Assembly (NCBI GenBank): GCA_963806495.1
Contig: CAWDYA010000008.1
Coordinates: forward strand, 321,114-385,113
Length of the DNA stretch: 64,000 nt
Reading direction: 5' to 3'
DNA from: an uncultured Acidobacteriota bacterium
Lineage (GTDB): Bacteria; Acidobacteriota; Polarisedimenticolia; JACPZX01; DASXTC01
Shown here: piece by piece, positions 41,273 to 52,310 of the stretch
Layout of the letters: the number at the start of each line of letters is the position of its first letter
Position numbering within the stretch: position 1 is the first letter of the stretch
The notes under the pieces: generated by a model
What the model was told of the DNA's origin: nothing
Seen by the model: the letters and a program-made list of their open reading frames with translations, nothing else
Databases searched by the model: none
Translations under genes and position numbers: made by a program

Positions 41273-43666
41273 CTAGTAATGCCCGCTGGGGCCGTCCCGT
41301 CCGTCCCGGCCGATCTCCAGCACCAGATAGACCTCGGCGCCGGGCCCCGGGACGAGCGTGAACTCGTTCGTCGACGTCGTGCCCTCGAGGCTGAAGGGGG
41401 GATCCGCGGGGAAGGAGCCCGGGGGCTGTGCCGGCCTGGCGGTGGCGCCGCGGTAGACCGCCCAGCCCGGTTGGCCGGGCAGATCCTGGTGGCAGGGGTC
41501 GGTCGAATCCGGCCAGCCCAGATGGACGTCGCCTGATGGCGTGATCGACACGTCCAGGTCGGAGGGGATCGAGAGGGTGGGACAGGTGAACCTCGCGGTG
41601 AGTGTCGTGTCCGTATCGGGCGAGGTGATGTCGTGCGTCGCCGCACCGCCGTCGGACCACGCCTCGAAGTCGAACGTTCGCCCGGCGGCGGCCTGCGGCG
41701 TCGGAGCCGTGAGCTGCCGGGGCCAGCCGGCCACCGAGTCGATGGCGAGCGGCGAGGGAGCGAGTGTTCCGTCGATCTGAAGCTCGAGGCCAAGCCCGGG
41801 CGGGTCCGCCGCCAGGACGATGTGCGAGACGATCGGCCGAAGCTCCAGGCTGACCTCCCGCGACAGGATCCCCGACGGGCCGAGCGGCACCCCCTTGTCC
41901 GACACCTGCAGCCTCACTTCGTACGCCACGTTCGGGTCGGCCTCGCCCGCCGCCGGAATCGTGAACGCCCCCGATGTGATCCCGATGAGCGGGCCGAGAA
42001 ACGGATGCGTGTGCGTGGCGTGATGGAACACCACCGTCCAGGCGAACGCGGAGGCGGGCAAGGCCCCTTCCTGCGGGTCGGTTCCCAGCCCGGAGAAACC
42101 GATCACGTCGCCGGCGTGGTAGCGGCCCCCGGGAGCGGGTGTCAGGATCGTGGGCGTCGGTGGATCGTTGCCCGAGACGATCCTCAGAGGCGGCGAGCTG
42201 TTCATCGAGTTGGCCTCGCCGCGTCCGTCGTCGACGGTCAGCACCGCCTGATAAGCCCCCGGCCCGTAGATCTCGCTGGTGAACGCCCGGGCCGAGAAAC
42301 GCCCGTCTCCGAGATCCCAGCCGAACGACAGCGGGTCCCCGTCAGGGTCGGCGGAGCCCGCACCGTTGAGGTACACCTCGAGAGGCGCCGACCCGGTGAC
42401 CGGTCCCCCGGCAGCCACGGCCGCGGGCTGGCCGTTCGTGCCTCCCACGTAGCACACGTCGCGCACCTGGGACACGTTGATGGCGGCATACAGAAGACAT
42501 CCGTCCGGCCCCACCGCGAGATCCACCGGCCCGGCGGCGCCGGTGAGGAAGCTCCGCACGTCCGATAGCCCCCCCGAAGCATCGAGCCGCGCGCTCTGGA
42601 TCCAGCCCGCCACGTAGTCGGCGAAGAACCATCGACCCGCGTACTCGGAGGGGAAGGAGACGCCGTCGTAGACCGGGCCGGCGACAATCGCCCCCCCGTT
42701 GGCCGGCGGCGTCGGACCGGTGTGGCTGTAGGCGAAGACCGGGAAGGTCAGCGAACCGGGCGCCGGGGCGGGGCTGCAGTTCGAGGCCGCCACATCCGCC
42801 TCGTAGCAGGGCCACCCATAGTCGGCCCCGGGGATGCCGAAGTCGGCCTCCTCCCATGACGACTCGCCCACGTCACCGATGATGACCGTGCCGCCTCCCG
42901 GCGCCACCGCGAGACGGAACGGATTGCGGAAACCGCGCGCCCAGATCTCCGGCCGCGCTCCCGCCACCCCCAGAAAGGGGTTGTCCGCGGGGATCGAGCC
43001 GTCGGGCTCGATCCGCAGCACCTTCCCCCTCAGGTCCGACAGGCTGCGCGCGGGGTTGGTGTCCACCGGCCCCGCACCGCCGTCTCCCATCGAGACGAGC
43101 AGCCTGCCGTCATCGGCGAAGGCGAGTCCCCCGCCGTTGTGGATCGTGGAGAAGGGGCCGAGCGGCGGACCACTCAGCAGGACGACCTCGCCCGCGAGCT
43201 GCCCGCCCGTCTCGAAGAAGCGTGACACGAGGTTGCGCGAGCCGGCCGACTGACCGCTGACGTAGCAGGCTCCTGCGGAATCGTAGCGGCGTGTGTAGTA
43301 CAGGTAGACGGCGTGGTTGACCGTGAAGGCCGGGTCGAATACCAGGTCGAGAAGGCCTCGCTCCCCCTGCGAGTCGACACAGGAGTGGATGAGAGCGGTG
43401 CTCATCGCGCCCGTGGCGGCGTCCCGCACCCGGACGCGCGCGGTGCCCGAGACGACTCCCGCGCCCTTCTCCGTGATCCAGAGATTCCCGGTGCCGGGCT
43501 CGGCCCTCACCGCCGTCGGGGCCAGCACGCCGGTCACGCTGTCGGCGTCCACGAGCAGGCGGTCGACGAAGCCGGGAGGCGGCGTGGCCGCCGCCAGGGC
43601 CGCCCGGAAGGAAAGCGCCAGGACCAGGGCCCGCGCAACGCACGGACCGAGTCGATCTCTAGGCAT
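41273..43666 (-). CDS. secreted PQQ-dependent sugar dehydrogenase-like (SGDH) beta-propeller protein with a C-terminal PKD/Ig-like region
   Basis: A signal peptide (MPRDRLGPCVARALVLALSFRAALAAA) leads into SGDH-like blocks (NLWITEKGAG, GLLDLVFDPAF, LLVSMGDGG, GFRNPFRLA). The acidic C-terminal region is Pro/Gly/Thr-rich. Confidence 0.7.
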   Translation of the reverse strand: MPRDRLGPCVARALVLALSFRAALAAATPPPGFVDRLLVDADSVTGVLAPTAVRAEPGTGNLWITEKGAGVVSGTARVRVRDAATGAMSTALIHSCVDSQGERGLLDLVFDPAFTVNHAVYLYYTRRYDSAGACYVSGQSAGSRNLVSRFFETGGQLAGEVVLLSGPPLGPFSTIHNGGGLAFADDGRLLVSMGDGGAGPVDTNPARSLSDLRGKVLRIEPDGSIPADNPFLGVAGARPEIWARGFRNPFRLAVAPGGGTVIIGDVGESSWEEADFGIPGADYGWPCYEADVAASNCSPAPAPGSLTFPVFAYSHTGPTPPANGGAIVAGPVYDGVSFPSEYAGRWFFADYVAGWIQSARLDASGGLSDVRSFLTGAAGPVDLAVGPDGCLLYAAINVSQVRDVCYVGGTNGQPAAVAAGGPVTGSAPLEVYLNGAGSADPDGDPLSFGWDLGDGRFSARAFTSEIYGPGAYQAVLTVDDGRGEANSMNSSPPLRIVSGNDPPTPTILTPAPGGRYHAGDVIGFSGLGTDPQEGALPASAFAWTVVFHHATHTHPFLGPLIGITSGAFTIPAAGEADPNVAYEVRLQVSDKGVPLGPSGILSREVSLELRPIVSHIVLAADPPGLGLELQIDGTLAPSPLAIDSVAGWPRQLTAPTPQAAAGRTFDFEAWSDGGAATHDITSPDTDTTLTARFTCPTLSIPSDLDVSITPSGDVHLGWPDSTDPCHQDLPGQPGWAVYRGATARPAQPPGSFPADPPFSLEGTTSTNEFTLVPGPGAEVYLVLEIGRDGRDGPSGHY

Positions 43667-44606
43667 GGTTGCGCAGCATCAGCTCGCCCGGATGCGGCCT
43701 GAGGTAGATCTGCCTCGCCAGATACGTTTCGTTGAAACGCCGGACGTGGTGCGAAAGAAGCGTGATCGGAACGATGAGAGGCACGAGCTCGCGATGGTAG
43801 CTCTCGATCGTGTCGATCATCTCCCGCTTCTCGTCGTCGCTGAGCAGCTTACGGAAGTAGCCCAGCGTGTGGTACAGGACGTTGGTGTTCTTCCGCACGG
43901 TGGCGATCCGGCACAGCCCCTCCATGAGACCCGCGCCGTACTCGGCCAGGACATCCTGTTTCGGGCGGCCTTTCGCGTGCGCCACGACGCGCCCCAGGAG
44001 CGTGTAGTGGGCGGGGCTGTGGGCCATCAGGAGAAGCTTGTGATCGGTATGGAACGCGACGAGACGGCCGGTGCTCCAGGGCCCGCCGGCCAGGTCCTTG
44101 AAGCGGCGATAGCTGAAGACACGCTCGATGAAGTTCTCGCGCAGCACCGGATCGTTGAGACGCCCCTCCTCCTCCACCGGAAGCATGGGCAGCGCCTCTC
44201 TCAGCGCACGCGCGAACAGCCCCGTCCCTTTCCGGACGCCCGGGCCGGAGTCCGCGTAGACCTTCACACGCTCCATCCCGCAGCTCGGCGAGTCCTTCTT
44301 GAGGACATAGCCGCACAGGTCCATGCGGGAGAGCTGCGCCACACGCCTCCGCGCCCAGTCGTTCATCATCGACGTGAGGTCCTCGCGCCCCCGCCGGGTC
44401 ATCAGGCGCGGCGCCTCCACCGTCCCTTCCAGACGCATCGCCTCGCGCGGCACGGGCATCCCCGCCTCGACCTCCGGGCACACAGGCACCCATTCGACGA
44501 ACGGCCCGAGGGTCTCGTTCAGGAAGGCGTCACGCTTGTGCCCGCCGTCGTAACGCACCTCCTCGCCGAGCAGACACGAGCTGATGCCGAGCCGGACCCG
44601 CGTCAT
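43659..44606 (-). CDS. DUF523-DUF1722 fusion protein (YbbK/TudS-like plus YbgA-like)
   Basis: MTRVRLGISSCLLGEEVRYDGGHK...CPEVEAGMPVPRE matches DUF523. The C-terminal half (LVAFHTDHKLLLMAHSPAHY...) matches DUF1722. Its ATG overlaps the photolyase stop in an ATGA arrangement. Confidence 0.8.
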   Translation of the reverse strand: MTRVRLGISSCLLGEEVRYDGGHKRDAFLNETLGPFVEWVPVCPEVEAGMPVPREAMRLEGTVEAPRLMTRRGREDLTSMMNDWARRRVAQLSRMDLCGYVLKKDSPSCGMERVKVYADSGPGVRKGTGLFARALREALPMLPVEEEGRLNDPVLRENFIERVFSYRRFKDLAGGPWSTGRLVAFHTDHKLLLMAHSPAHYTLLGRVVAHAKGRPKQDVLAEYGAGLMEGLCRIATVRKNTNVLYHTLGYFRKLLSDDEKREMIDTIESYHRELVPLIVPITLLSHHVRRFNETYLARQIYLRPHPGELMLRNHA

Positions 44607-46045
44607 CGCCTCACCCCGCCGCCCGCCTCCTCCGCCACGCGGGACTGGTACGCCTCCACGTCGAACTTGCGCGCCATCCCCGCGTGGGTCATGGTGCGCA
44701 CCAGGCCGAACACGGGACGACGCGGCCCCCAGGGCCGATCGTGCTTGGCCCCGATCGCCCACGCGACTCCCGCATAGCCGTTCGGATCCCGGCCATCCAT
44801 CTCGTACCTGTCGTTGAGCTGCACGGCGATGTCGAACGCCTCCTCGGGGCTGCGCGTCCACTCCAGGATCTTCTTGGCCCAGTACATTCTCATATACCCG
44901 TGCATGCGGCCCGTGACCGCCATCTCGGTCTGCGCCGCGTTCCAGAGCCGATCGTGCGTCCCGGCGTTCTCCAGACGGCGCCGCGTGTACAGCCGGGGAC
45001 GCGGATCCTCGGCCCGCTCGCGCAGGGTCGCCTTCGCCCACGCATGGCATCCTTCGAGCGAATCATAACGATGGTTTCGCACGACGTAGTTGACCGCCAG
45101 CTCCCGGCGGACGATCAGCTCCTCGAGAAACGCCTCCTTCGCCTTCCGGGGGGCGCGTGCCTTGCGCACCGCGAGCGCCACGGTGTGGGGCCCGATCTGC
45201 CCGAAGTGCAGATATGCGGAAAGCTCGCTCGTTCCATGCAGATCCGGCCGATTGCGATCGATGTCGTACCGGGCGAGGCGGCGCGCGACGAACGTCCTCA
45301 GCCGCCGATGCGCCTCGGCCGTGCCCCCGCGCAGCCCCGAAACGGGAGACGCGCCCGTGCCGAGCGGAAGGCCCCGCAGCAGGCCCTGAGGCCGCCTGAC
45401 CAGCGGCTCGACATCGATCGAGGCGGGCAGGCGCCGCGGCGGCCAGGGGGTGCGCGCCTTCGGGTTTCCCGGCGCGACGAGATACTCGTCCAGGAGGCGG
45501 TGGATCCGGGGGCGAAGCGTCCGTGCAGCGTACTCCTCCCGCTCGAACAACGCCGAAGGGACGATGACGTCGGCGTCGACCGTCCAGAAGGGCACGGCGA
45601 GCTTCCGCGCGGCGCTGTCGCGCCAGCCCGCCGGCTCCCTCAGCGGATTCTCGTCTCCGATGACGAGGGCGGGCCGGATCTCGGCGCACAGCCTGAGCAG
45701 ATCGTGATCGGGCCACGCGCGCAGCACGAAGGCCGCGCCCCGGGAACGCACCCGCCGCGCGGTCTCTGCGATCCCCTCGGCCAGGAAGGCATAGTGCCTG
45801 GCGTTGGCCCCGGGGTACCCGGGGTGCAGCCCGAAGAACACCGCGACCGGAAGCCCGAGGGCGTTGCCGGCCGCGATCGCCGTGTTCAGCGCCGGATTGT
45901 CGACGCCGCGCTGCGCTCGCTGCATCCAGTACACGACACAGCGGCCGTCCGGGTCGGGATCTCCGGATCGTCGCACACGCACGCGTGTGTCCGCGGCCAG
46001 CTTCTGCAGCCCGCTCATGGCTCCGCTTTGTACATGATGCCCCAT
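44603..46045 (-). CDS. phr: class II CPD deoxyribodipyrimidine photolyase
   Basis: The product carries the class II signature GRMHGYMRMYWAKKILEW along with WPDHDLLRL and FLEELIVRRELA. The likely start is at 46045 or 46018. Confidence 0.85.
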   Translation of the reverse strand: MGHHVQSGAMSGLQKLAADTRVRVRRSGDPDPDGRCVVYWMQRAQRGVDNPALNTAIAAGNALGLPVAVFFGLHPGYPGANARHYAFLAEGIAETARRVRSRGAAFVLRAWPDHDLLRLCAEIRPALVIGDENPLREPAGWRDSAARKLAVPFWTVDADVIVPSALFEREEYAARTLRPRIHRLLDEYLVAPGNPKARTPWPPRRLPASIDVEPLVRRPQGLLRGLPLGTGASPVSGLRGGTAEAHRRLRTFVARRLARYDIDRNRPDLHGTSELSAYLHFGQIGPHTVALAVRKARAPRKAKEAFLEELIVRRELAVNYVVRNHRYDSLEGCHAWAKATLRERAEDPRPRLYTRRRLENAGTHDRLWNAAQTEMAVTGRMHGYMRMYWAKKILEWTRSPEEAFDIAVQLNDRYEMDGRDPNGYAGVAWAIGAKHDRPWGPRRPVFGLVRTMTHAGMARKFDVEAYQSRVAEEAGGGVRR

Positions 46046-46119
46046 GCTAGCATGCGCGCTTCGGCCCGCACCCCTCGCCCGGTAGCGCGCCCGGGGGGCC
46101 TATGTTAGAGTCGAACGCC

Positions 46120-49100
46120 ATGCGGACCCGCAGGATCCCCCCAGCGCTGGCCGTGCTTGCGGCGGTCTCGATCCTCACGGGATCGCTCACCTCCGCGGCT
46201 ATCTTCTGCGTCGACGCGAACAACACGTCGGGAGCCGAGGACGGGTCGCGGGCGCGCCCGTTCAGCGCCATCGCCTCCGCGCTCCTGAGGGCCGCCTCGG
46301 GCGATACCGTCCGGGTCGCCGGGGGGGTCTACGACGAGAACATACTCGTCCCCTCGGGCGTGAAGGTGCTGGGCGGGGGAAACGACGGCCGGCCCGACTG
46401 CGGGGATCCCAACAACCTGCTGGATCCGAACAACCCGTTCGAGCCGGGCGCTCTCCGCACGATCGACGGAGGCAACCGCACCAACGCGGTCACCATCGGC
46501 TCGTCGGATCCGAACACCCGGTTCGAGGGCTTCACCGTCACCCATGGGCTCGGTCTCAGCGGCGGCGGCATCTTTGTTTCGGGCCCCGCAACCGTCATCA
46601 ACAACGTCGTGATGGGGAACACCAGCCGGGGAGGCACCCCCTTCGGCAACTCGATCGGCGCCGGTATCGCCGTCGGCGGCAACGCGCGGATCGAGCACAA
46701 CATGATCCTGTCGAACACGGCGCTCGGCGGCACGGGCGGCGGTATCGCGGTGTTCGCTGGCTCGCCCGTCATCACCCGCAACACGATCGTCGGCAACAAC
46801 GCGCTCTCGACCCCGGACGGCTTCTACGGATACGGCGGCGGCATCTCGGTGATCTACCCCTCGGCGCAGCCCGCCATCACCTCCAACGTCATCCAGGGCA
46901 ACCGCTCGGATCAGGGAGGCGGCGGAATCGACGTGTACCGGTCTCCCGCCATCGTCGCGGGCAACACCATCGACGGGAACACCACCGGCGTGCCGGGGGG
47001 CAAGCTGGGCTACGGCGGCGGCATCGGGATCGTCGGGACGTCGCCTCTTACGACCTCCCGCCCGGCCATCATCAACAACCTGGTTCTGGGCAATCACGCG
47101 GTGTCCGGCGGCGGTGGCGTGGACGTCCTGCAGGCCAATCCGCTGTTCAGCGACAACAACATTTACGGGAACACCCGCGGCAACTTCAACGGCAAGCCGA
47201 ATCCGATCGGCACGGATGGAAACGTCTCGATCGATCCGATGGTCGACCCGAACATGCCAACCATTCCGCCCATGGCGCCGCCGCCGGCCGGATTCGCGCA
47301 CATCGACGCGGGCCATCCCGGGATCTTCTGCATCGACACGAACCCGTCCGACCCGAACTGCCCGGACGCCGCCGGCGACCGCCTCGTCACCTCCCTGCTG
47401 CTCGGCGAGAGCGACATGATGGGATTTCCACGCACCCTCGACGGCAACGGCGACGGTCTGCAAAGACCCGACTTCGGAGCGTACGAGTACACGCCCGGCG
47501 GCACCGGCGATCTCGATGACGACGGGGTGACCGATTCCGTGCCGGACAACTGTCCGGCGGCGTGGAACCCCTCGCAGGCGGACGTCGACGGAGATGGCAT
47601 CGGCGATGTCTGCGACAACTGCCCGTCGATGTACAACCCCGCCAAGGACTGCGATCAGGACTCGACCACGCCGGACGCGCAGTGCGACGCCGACCTGGAT
47701 GCGGTGGGCGACGAGTGCGACGTGGACCTCGACAACGACACGATCCGTGAGGACTACGACGGCGACCCGAACACCGTCAGCCTCTGTGTCGGCGGCGCGA
47801 CTTCATCCTGCGACGACAACTGTGCCGGCACCAGCAACGTGTCCCAGTCCGACGGCGACAAGGACGGCGTGGGCGACGCCTGCGACAACTGCACCACCGT
47901 TCGCAACGGCGACTGCAGCATCGCGGGCCAGCTCTTCTGCGACGCCAACCGCGACGGCAGCCAGGATCCGAACGAGATAGCCGAGGGCAACCAGACGGAT
48001 ACCGACGGCGACCAGTTCGGTGACGCCTGCGACAACTGCCCCGGCATTCCGAACGGCGACTGCACGGCCAGCATCGACTACTGCGACATCAACGGGGACG
48101 GCGTGCTCAGCTCTCAGGAGCAGAGTCTCGGATTCCTGACCGACCGCGACAAGGACGGGATCGGTGACGCCTGCGACCCGGATCTGGATCAGGACGGCAT
48201 CCCGTGCGGGCTCGTTCTGATGGATCCGAACAACCCGGCGAGCCTGGTCGTGGCCGTGGATTGCACCTCCAACCCGTGCACCGGCGGCGACACCATGGGG
48301 TGCTACGACAACTGCCCCATCCTCGCGAACCCGCTGCAGATCGACGCCGATGCCGACGGCGTGGGCGACGCCTGCGACAACTGTCCGCCCCCCACGGCCA
48401 ACCCCCTGTCCGACTGCGACGGCGACCCCAATACTCCGATGGTGCAGTGCGACTTCGACCTCGACGGCAAGGGCGACGAGTGCGACCCGGATGACGACAA
48501 CGACACGATCCCCGACGACTTCGACATGGACCCCAACACCGTCAACCCCTGCACCGGCGGCAACACGATGAACTGCGACGACAACTGTCCCTTCCGGTTC
48601 AACGACACGCAGTCGGACCTCAACGGGAACGGCATCGGTGACGTGTGCGATCCGGATCCCGACGGCGACGACATCTACAACGACTTCGATGCGGACCCGA
48701 ACACCCGGAACATCTGCACTGGGGGTCTGGCCATGGGTTGTGACGACAACTGCCCGCTCGTCTACAACCCGTCGCAGGCGGACACGGACGGCGATCTCGT
48801 GGGCGACCTGTGCGACAACTGCGACGCCATCGGCAACACGTTCCAGACCGACGCCGACGGCGACGGGATCGGCGACCCGTGCGACCCGGATGCGGACAAT
48901 GACGGCATCCTCGAGGACTTCGACGGAGATCCGAACACCCCCACCCCCTGCTCGGGCGGCAACACGATGAACTGCGATGACAACAGCCCGGACATCTACA
49001 ATCCCATGCAGGAGGACGACGACGGCGACGGGATCGGCAACCTCTCCGACAACTGCGTCACCGTCCCCAACCCGACGCAGGCCGACACCGATGGCGACAG

Positions 49101-49803
49101 GATCGGTGACGCCTGCGACGACGACCTTGACGGCGACGGGATCTCAAACACCAAAGACAACTGCCAGGATATCGCCAACGCGCTGCAGGGCGATCTGGAT
49201 CGGGACGGGACAGGCGATCTGTGCGACCCGGACGCCGATGGGGACACCGTCGCCGACTCCGGGGACAACTGCCTCGGCCTGTACAACCCGACGCAGACGG
49301 ACGACGACGGGGACGGCCTCGGTGACGCCTGCGATCTCTGCCTTGGCACGCCGTCCACAGTGAACTCCGACTCCGACGCCGACGGGCTCGGGGACGTGTG
49401 CGACAACTGCCCCCAGGAGCCCAACCCCGGCCAGTCCGACGCCGACGGGGACGGTATAGGCAACGCCTGCGACAGGCCCGAGGTGGCCGTGGCGCCGATC
49501 CGCGGCCCGGCCCAGGCCCGTCTCGGCGGCGCCGCGACGGCCTACCGCATCACGATCCGGAACAAGGGCACCGCCGACGCTCTGGTGAACTGGTCGGTCG
49601 AGCTGCTCGATCCGGCCGGCACGCCGACCCCGGTCCAGTCCATGACGGACGTGCCGATCCCGGCCGGCACCGGAACCTCCTTCCAGGTGACCGTCAGCCT
49701 GCCCGGCGGCGGGTCGAGAGGGATCTGGTCGATCGTGGCCGACGTGTTCGCCACGGGATCGAAGAATCACGACCTGGCGGTGCTGCCCGTCAAGGCGCGC
49801 TAG
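46120..49803 (+). CDS. giant secreted protein: N-terminal right-handed parallel beta-helix (pectate-lyase/NosD-like repeats) followed by about 17 thrombospondin type-3 (TSP3) Ca-binding repeats and a C-terminal Ig-like domain
   Basis: A signal peptide ([27 protein letters not shown]) leads into beta-helix repeats (GGGIFVSG...NNVVMGN...[18 protein letters not shown]). Reiterated D-x-D-x-DG-x-GD-x-CDNCP units follow ([42 protein letters not shown], and so on). An alternative ATG lies at 46102. Confidence 0.8.
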   Translation: MRTRRIPPALAVLAAVSILTGSLTSAAIFCVDANNTSGAEDGSRARPFSAIASALLRAASGDTVRVAGGVYDENILVPSGVKVLGGGNDGRPDCGDPNNLLDPNNPFEPGALRTIDGGNRTNAVTIGSSDPNTRFEGFTVTHGLGLSGGGIFVSGPATVINNVVMGNTSRGGTPFGNSIGAGIAVGGNARIEHNMILSNTALGGTGGGIAVFAGSPVITRNTIVGNNALSTPDGFYGYGGGISVIYPSAQPAITSNVIQGNRSDQGGGGIDVYRSPAIVAGNTIDGNTTGVPGGKLGYGGGIGIVGTSPLTTSRPAIINNLVLGNHAVSGGGGVDVLQANPLFSDNNIYGNTRGNFNGKPNPIGTDGNVSIDPMVDPNMPTIPPMAPPPAGFAHIDAGHPGIFCIDTNPSDPNCPDAAGDRLVTSLLLGESDMMGFPRTLDGNGDGLQRPDFGAYEYTPGGTGDLDDDGVTDSVPDNCPAAWNPSQADVDGDGIGDVCDNCPSMYNPAKDCDQDSTTPDAQCDADLDAVGDECDVDLDNDTIREDYDGDPNTVSLCVGGATSSCDDNCAGTSNVSQSDGDKDGVGDACDNCTTVRNGDCSIAGQLFCDANRDGSQDPNEIAEGNQTDTDGDQFGDACDNCPGIPNGDCTASIDYCDINGDGVLSSQEQSLGFLTDRDKDGIGDACDPDLDQDGIPCGLVLMDPNNPASLVVAVDCTSNPCTGGDTMGCYDNCPILANPLQIDADADGVGDACDNCPPPTANPLSDCDGDPNTPMVQCDFDLDGKGDECDPDDDNDTIPDDFDMDPNTVNPCTGGNTMNCDDNCPFRFNDTQSDLNGNGIGDVCDPDPDGDDIYNDFDADPNTRNICTGGLAMGCDDNCPLVYNPSQADTDGDLVGDLCDNCDAIGNTFQTDADGDGIGDPCDPDADNDGILEDFDGDPNTPTPCSGGNTMNCDDNSPDIYNPMQEDDDGDGIGNLSDNCVTVPNPTQADTDGDRIGDACDDDLDGDGISNTKDNCQDIANALQGDLDRDGTGDLCDPDADGDTVADSGDNCLGLYNPTQTDDDGDGLGDACDLCLGTPSTVNSDSDADGLGDVCDNCPQEPNPGQSDADGDGIGNACDRPEVAVAPIRGPAQARLGGAATAYRITIRNKGTADALVNWSVELLDPAGTPTPVQSMTDVPIPAGTGTSFQVTVSLPGGGSRGIWSIVADVFATGSKNHDLAVLPVKAR
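47500..49470 (+). repeat. in-frame coding tandem-repeat array (TSP3 units) with recurring GACGCCTGCGACAACTGCCC-type cores
   Basis: Units encoding gaCggCgaCggnatcggNgaCgNctgcgacaactgccc recur at irregular spacing of about 90-130 nt. They are coding repeats, not a CRISPR array. Confidence 0.75.
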
Positions 49804-49805
49804 CG

Positions 49806-51185
49806 GTGAGACGGGTCTGGCTTCTCGCCGGCGTGGTGAGCGCGCTCGCGCTGCTCGTCGTCGCCTTCTTCTGGCTGCGCCCCGCCCGGATCAAGCAGGA
49901 CACCAGCTTCCTCGTGATCGTCGTCGATTCGATGCGCGCCGACCATCTCGCTCCCTACGGATACACGCGCGCGACCTCGCCGGTCATCGACGGGCTCGCG
50001 CGCGACGGCATCGTCTTCGAGAATGCGTGGTCCCAGGCGCCCTGGACCCGGCCTTCGGTGGCCTCGATCTTCACCTCCACCTTCATCGCCGTGCATCGCG
50101 TCCTGTACAGCGGCCGCGTGGTGGACGGCGAGAAGCGTACCGACGTGCTGAGCGACAAGTTCGTGACGATTGCCGAAGCGCTCCATGCCGGCGGTTACGC
50201 CACCGGCGGATTCGGCAAGAAGATCCACCTGCGCCCCGGGTTCGGCTTCGGACAGGGGTTCGACGGCTACGACATGAATGCCGGAAACGCCGCGCGGATC
50301 AACAAGGTCACCCTGCGCTGGCTGCGCCACAACGACCCCGATCGTTTCTTCATCTACCTTCACTACAACGACCCGCATTACCCGTACAAGCCCGCGGCCC
50401 GGTGGGCGAAGTTCGGCGCCACCAAGGCACGCGTGCAAATCAACGGCCGCACGAAGAAGGCGTTCCACGACGGCGCCCTGCAGCTCTCGCCCGCCGACAT
50501 CCAGCAGCTCATCGACCTGTACGACGGGGAGATCGCCTACACCGACGATGCGATCGGCGCGCTTCTCCACGCGATAGGGCGGCTCGGGTATCGCAGGCTC
50601 CTCGTGCTGGTGACGGCCGATCACGGCGAGGAGTTTCTCGACCACGGTGACATCACGCACGGTCAGTCTCTCTACAACGAGCTGATTCACGTGCCGTTCA
50701 TCATCGGAGGCACGGGCCTCGAGTCCGGCTCCCGGCATCTCAGGGTGAAGACACCGGTGAGGCTGATCGACATCATGCCGACCTTCCTGCAGATGGCCGG
50801 GCTCCCGGAACCTCCCGGGATCCAGGGAACGAGCCTCGTGCCGCTCATGAGCGGCGAAGCTGCGCCGCCGGGGACACCCCTCGCCTTCAGCCAGCGGCGC
50901 GACGAGGAGGATCCCGGCTTCTCCGACGCGATCACGGACGGACGGTGGAAGCTGATCCGTGACCGGGCGCTGGGCCGGACCATGCTGTTCGACCTGGCGG
51001 CCGACCCCGGGGAGAACCTCCCGGTCGGCGGCGTCAACCAGGATGTCGTGGCGCGTCTGACCGGCGAGATGGATCGCTGGTCGGAGGCCAACACGGCGCT
51101 GTACGATCGCATCCGGCCCGAGGAGACGACTCCCCTCGACCCCGAGACCGAGGAGCGCCTCCGCTCGCTCGGATACATCAACTGA
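49806..51185 (+). CDS. sulfatase (alkaline-phosphatase superfamily, arylsulfatase-like) with an N-terminal transmembrane anchor
   Basis: The GTG start sits 2 nt after the TSP3 gene's stop. A transmembrane helix (VWLLAGVVSALALLVVAFFWL) precedes the catalytic core (VIVVDSMRADHL...PWTRPS; VTADHGEEF). Confidence 0.8.
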   Translation: MRRVWLLAGVVSALALLVVAFFWLRPARIKQDTSFLVIVVDSMRADHLAPYGYTRATSPVIDGLARDGIVFENAWSQAPWTRPSVASIFTSTFIAVHRVLYSGRVVDGEKRTDVLSDKFVTIAEALHAGGYATGGFGKKIHLRPGFGFGQGFDGYDMNAGNAARINKVTLRWLRHNDPDRFFIYLHYNDPHYPYKPAARWAKFGATKARVQINGRTKKAFHDGALQLSPADIQQLIDLYDGEIAYTDDAIGALLHAIGRLGYRRLLVLVTADHGEEFLDHGDITHGQSLYNELIHVPFIIGGTGLESGSRHLRVKTPVRLIDIMPTFLQMAGLPEPPGIQGTSLVPLMSGEAAPPGTPLAFSQRRDEEDPGFSDAITDGRWKLIRDRALGRTMLFDLAADPGENLPVGGVNQDVVARLTGEMDRWSEANTALYDRIRPEETTPLDPETEERLRSLGYIN

Positions 51186-51187
51186 CC

Positions 51188-52310
51188 ATGCGCGTGGTCC
51201 ACGTCAACACGGAAAGAACCTGGCGCGGCGGCGAGAGCCAGGTCTTCAATCTGATGCGCGGGCTGCGCGCGCGCGGCCACGATGTCGAGGCCGTGACGCT
51301 GCCGGGCGGGGTTCTCGGACGGCGCTGTCTCGATGAGGGGTTCGACGTTCTCCCGCTTGCCATGCGCAGCGACGCGGATCTGCTCGCGGCGATGCGGCTC
51401 GCCCGTCATGCCCGCCGGCGTCGGGCGGACATCCTCCACGCGCAGACCGCGCGGGCACACTCCATCGCCCTGCTGGCGCGTCTGCTCGGCGCCCCTGCCA
51501 GACTGATCGTGAGCCGGCGGCTCGACTTCCCGATCCGCCGCAACCCGCCCAACCTGTGGAAGTACCGGAGCCGCGCCGTGGACGGCTACATCGCCGTGGC
51601 CGGCGTGATCCGTGACATCCTCGTGGACGCTGGCGTCGACCCGGCGCGCGTCACGGTGATCAACAGCAGCATCGAGCTCGAGCGGTTCACCGGCGCCGGG
51701 GACCACCGCCTCGAGGTGAGACGGGAGCTCGGTATACCCGACGACGCCCCCCTCGTGGGCAACGTGGCGGCGCTGGCCTGGCACAAGGGTCAGAAGGATC
51801 TGATCGCCGCCATGCGGCCGGTGCTCGACGCGATCCCGGGGGCGTGGCTGGTGATCGTCGGCGGCGGCGAGGAGCGCGAGCCCCTGGAGCGGCTCATCGG
51901 GCAGCTCTCGCTCGGGCAACGTGTCGTGCTCACGGGGACCCGGACCGACGTGCCGCGGCTGCTGACCGCGTTCGACCTGTTCTGCATGCCCTCCTATCTC
52001 GAGGGACTCTGCAATTCGGTGCTCGAGGCGTTCGCCGTGGGTATCCCGGTCGTGGCCACCCGGGCCGGCGGGCTGCCCGAGAATCGTGGAGCACGAAATC
52101 ACGGGGCTGCTCGCGCCCCCGCGCGACCCGGCGGCGCTCGCCGCCGCGATCGTCCGGCTCCTGTCCGATACCGATCTCGCGCGCCGCGTGAGCCAAGCCG
52201 GTGGCCGTCTCGTCCGCGAGCGGTTCGGGGTCGACCGGATGGTCGAATCGACCGAGGCCTGCTACCGGTCGGTGCTGGCGGGCAGCGGGCCGAGCCGTAC
52301 CACCACGTAG
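51188..52310 (+). CDS. GT4-family glycosyltransferase, with a frameshift near 52080-52090
   Basis: MRVVHVNTERTWRGGESQV...ILHAQTARAH gives the N-terminal domain. The C-terminal region (TGTRTDVPRLLTAFDLFCMPSYLEGLCNSVLEAFAVGIPVVATRAGGLPE) continues in the other frame as IVEHEITGLLAPP... (ORF 52086..52310). An extra A in gagaatcgtgg would account for the frame break. Confidence 0.8.

Noticed and set aside
47500-49470. Possible CRISPR-like or other non-coding repeat array
   Set aside because: The repeats are in-frame, irregularly spaced, and encode TSP3 Ca-binding units. There are no spacer-repeat regularity and no cas genes.
49398-49805. Sulfatase ORF extending 400 bp upstream into the TSP3 gene
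   Set aside because: The upstream part is an alternative frame of the TSP3 coding region. A GTG at 49806 directly precedes the transmembrane helix and catalytic domain.
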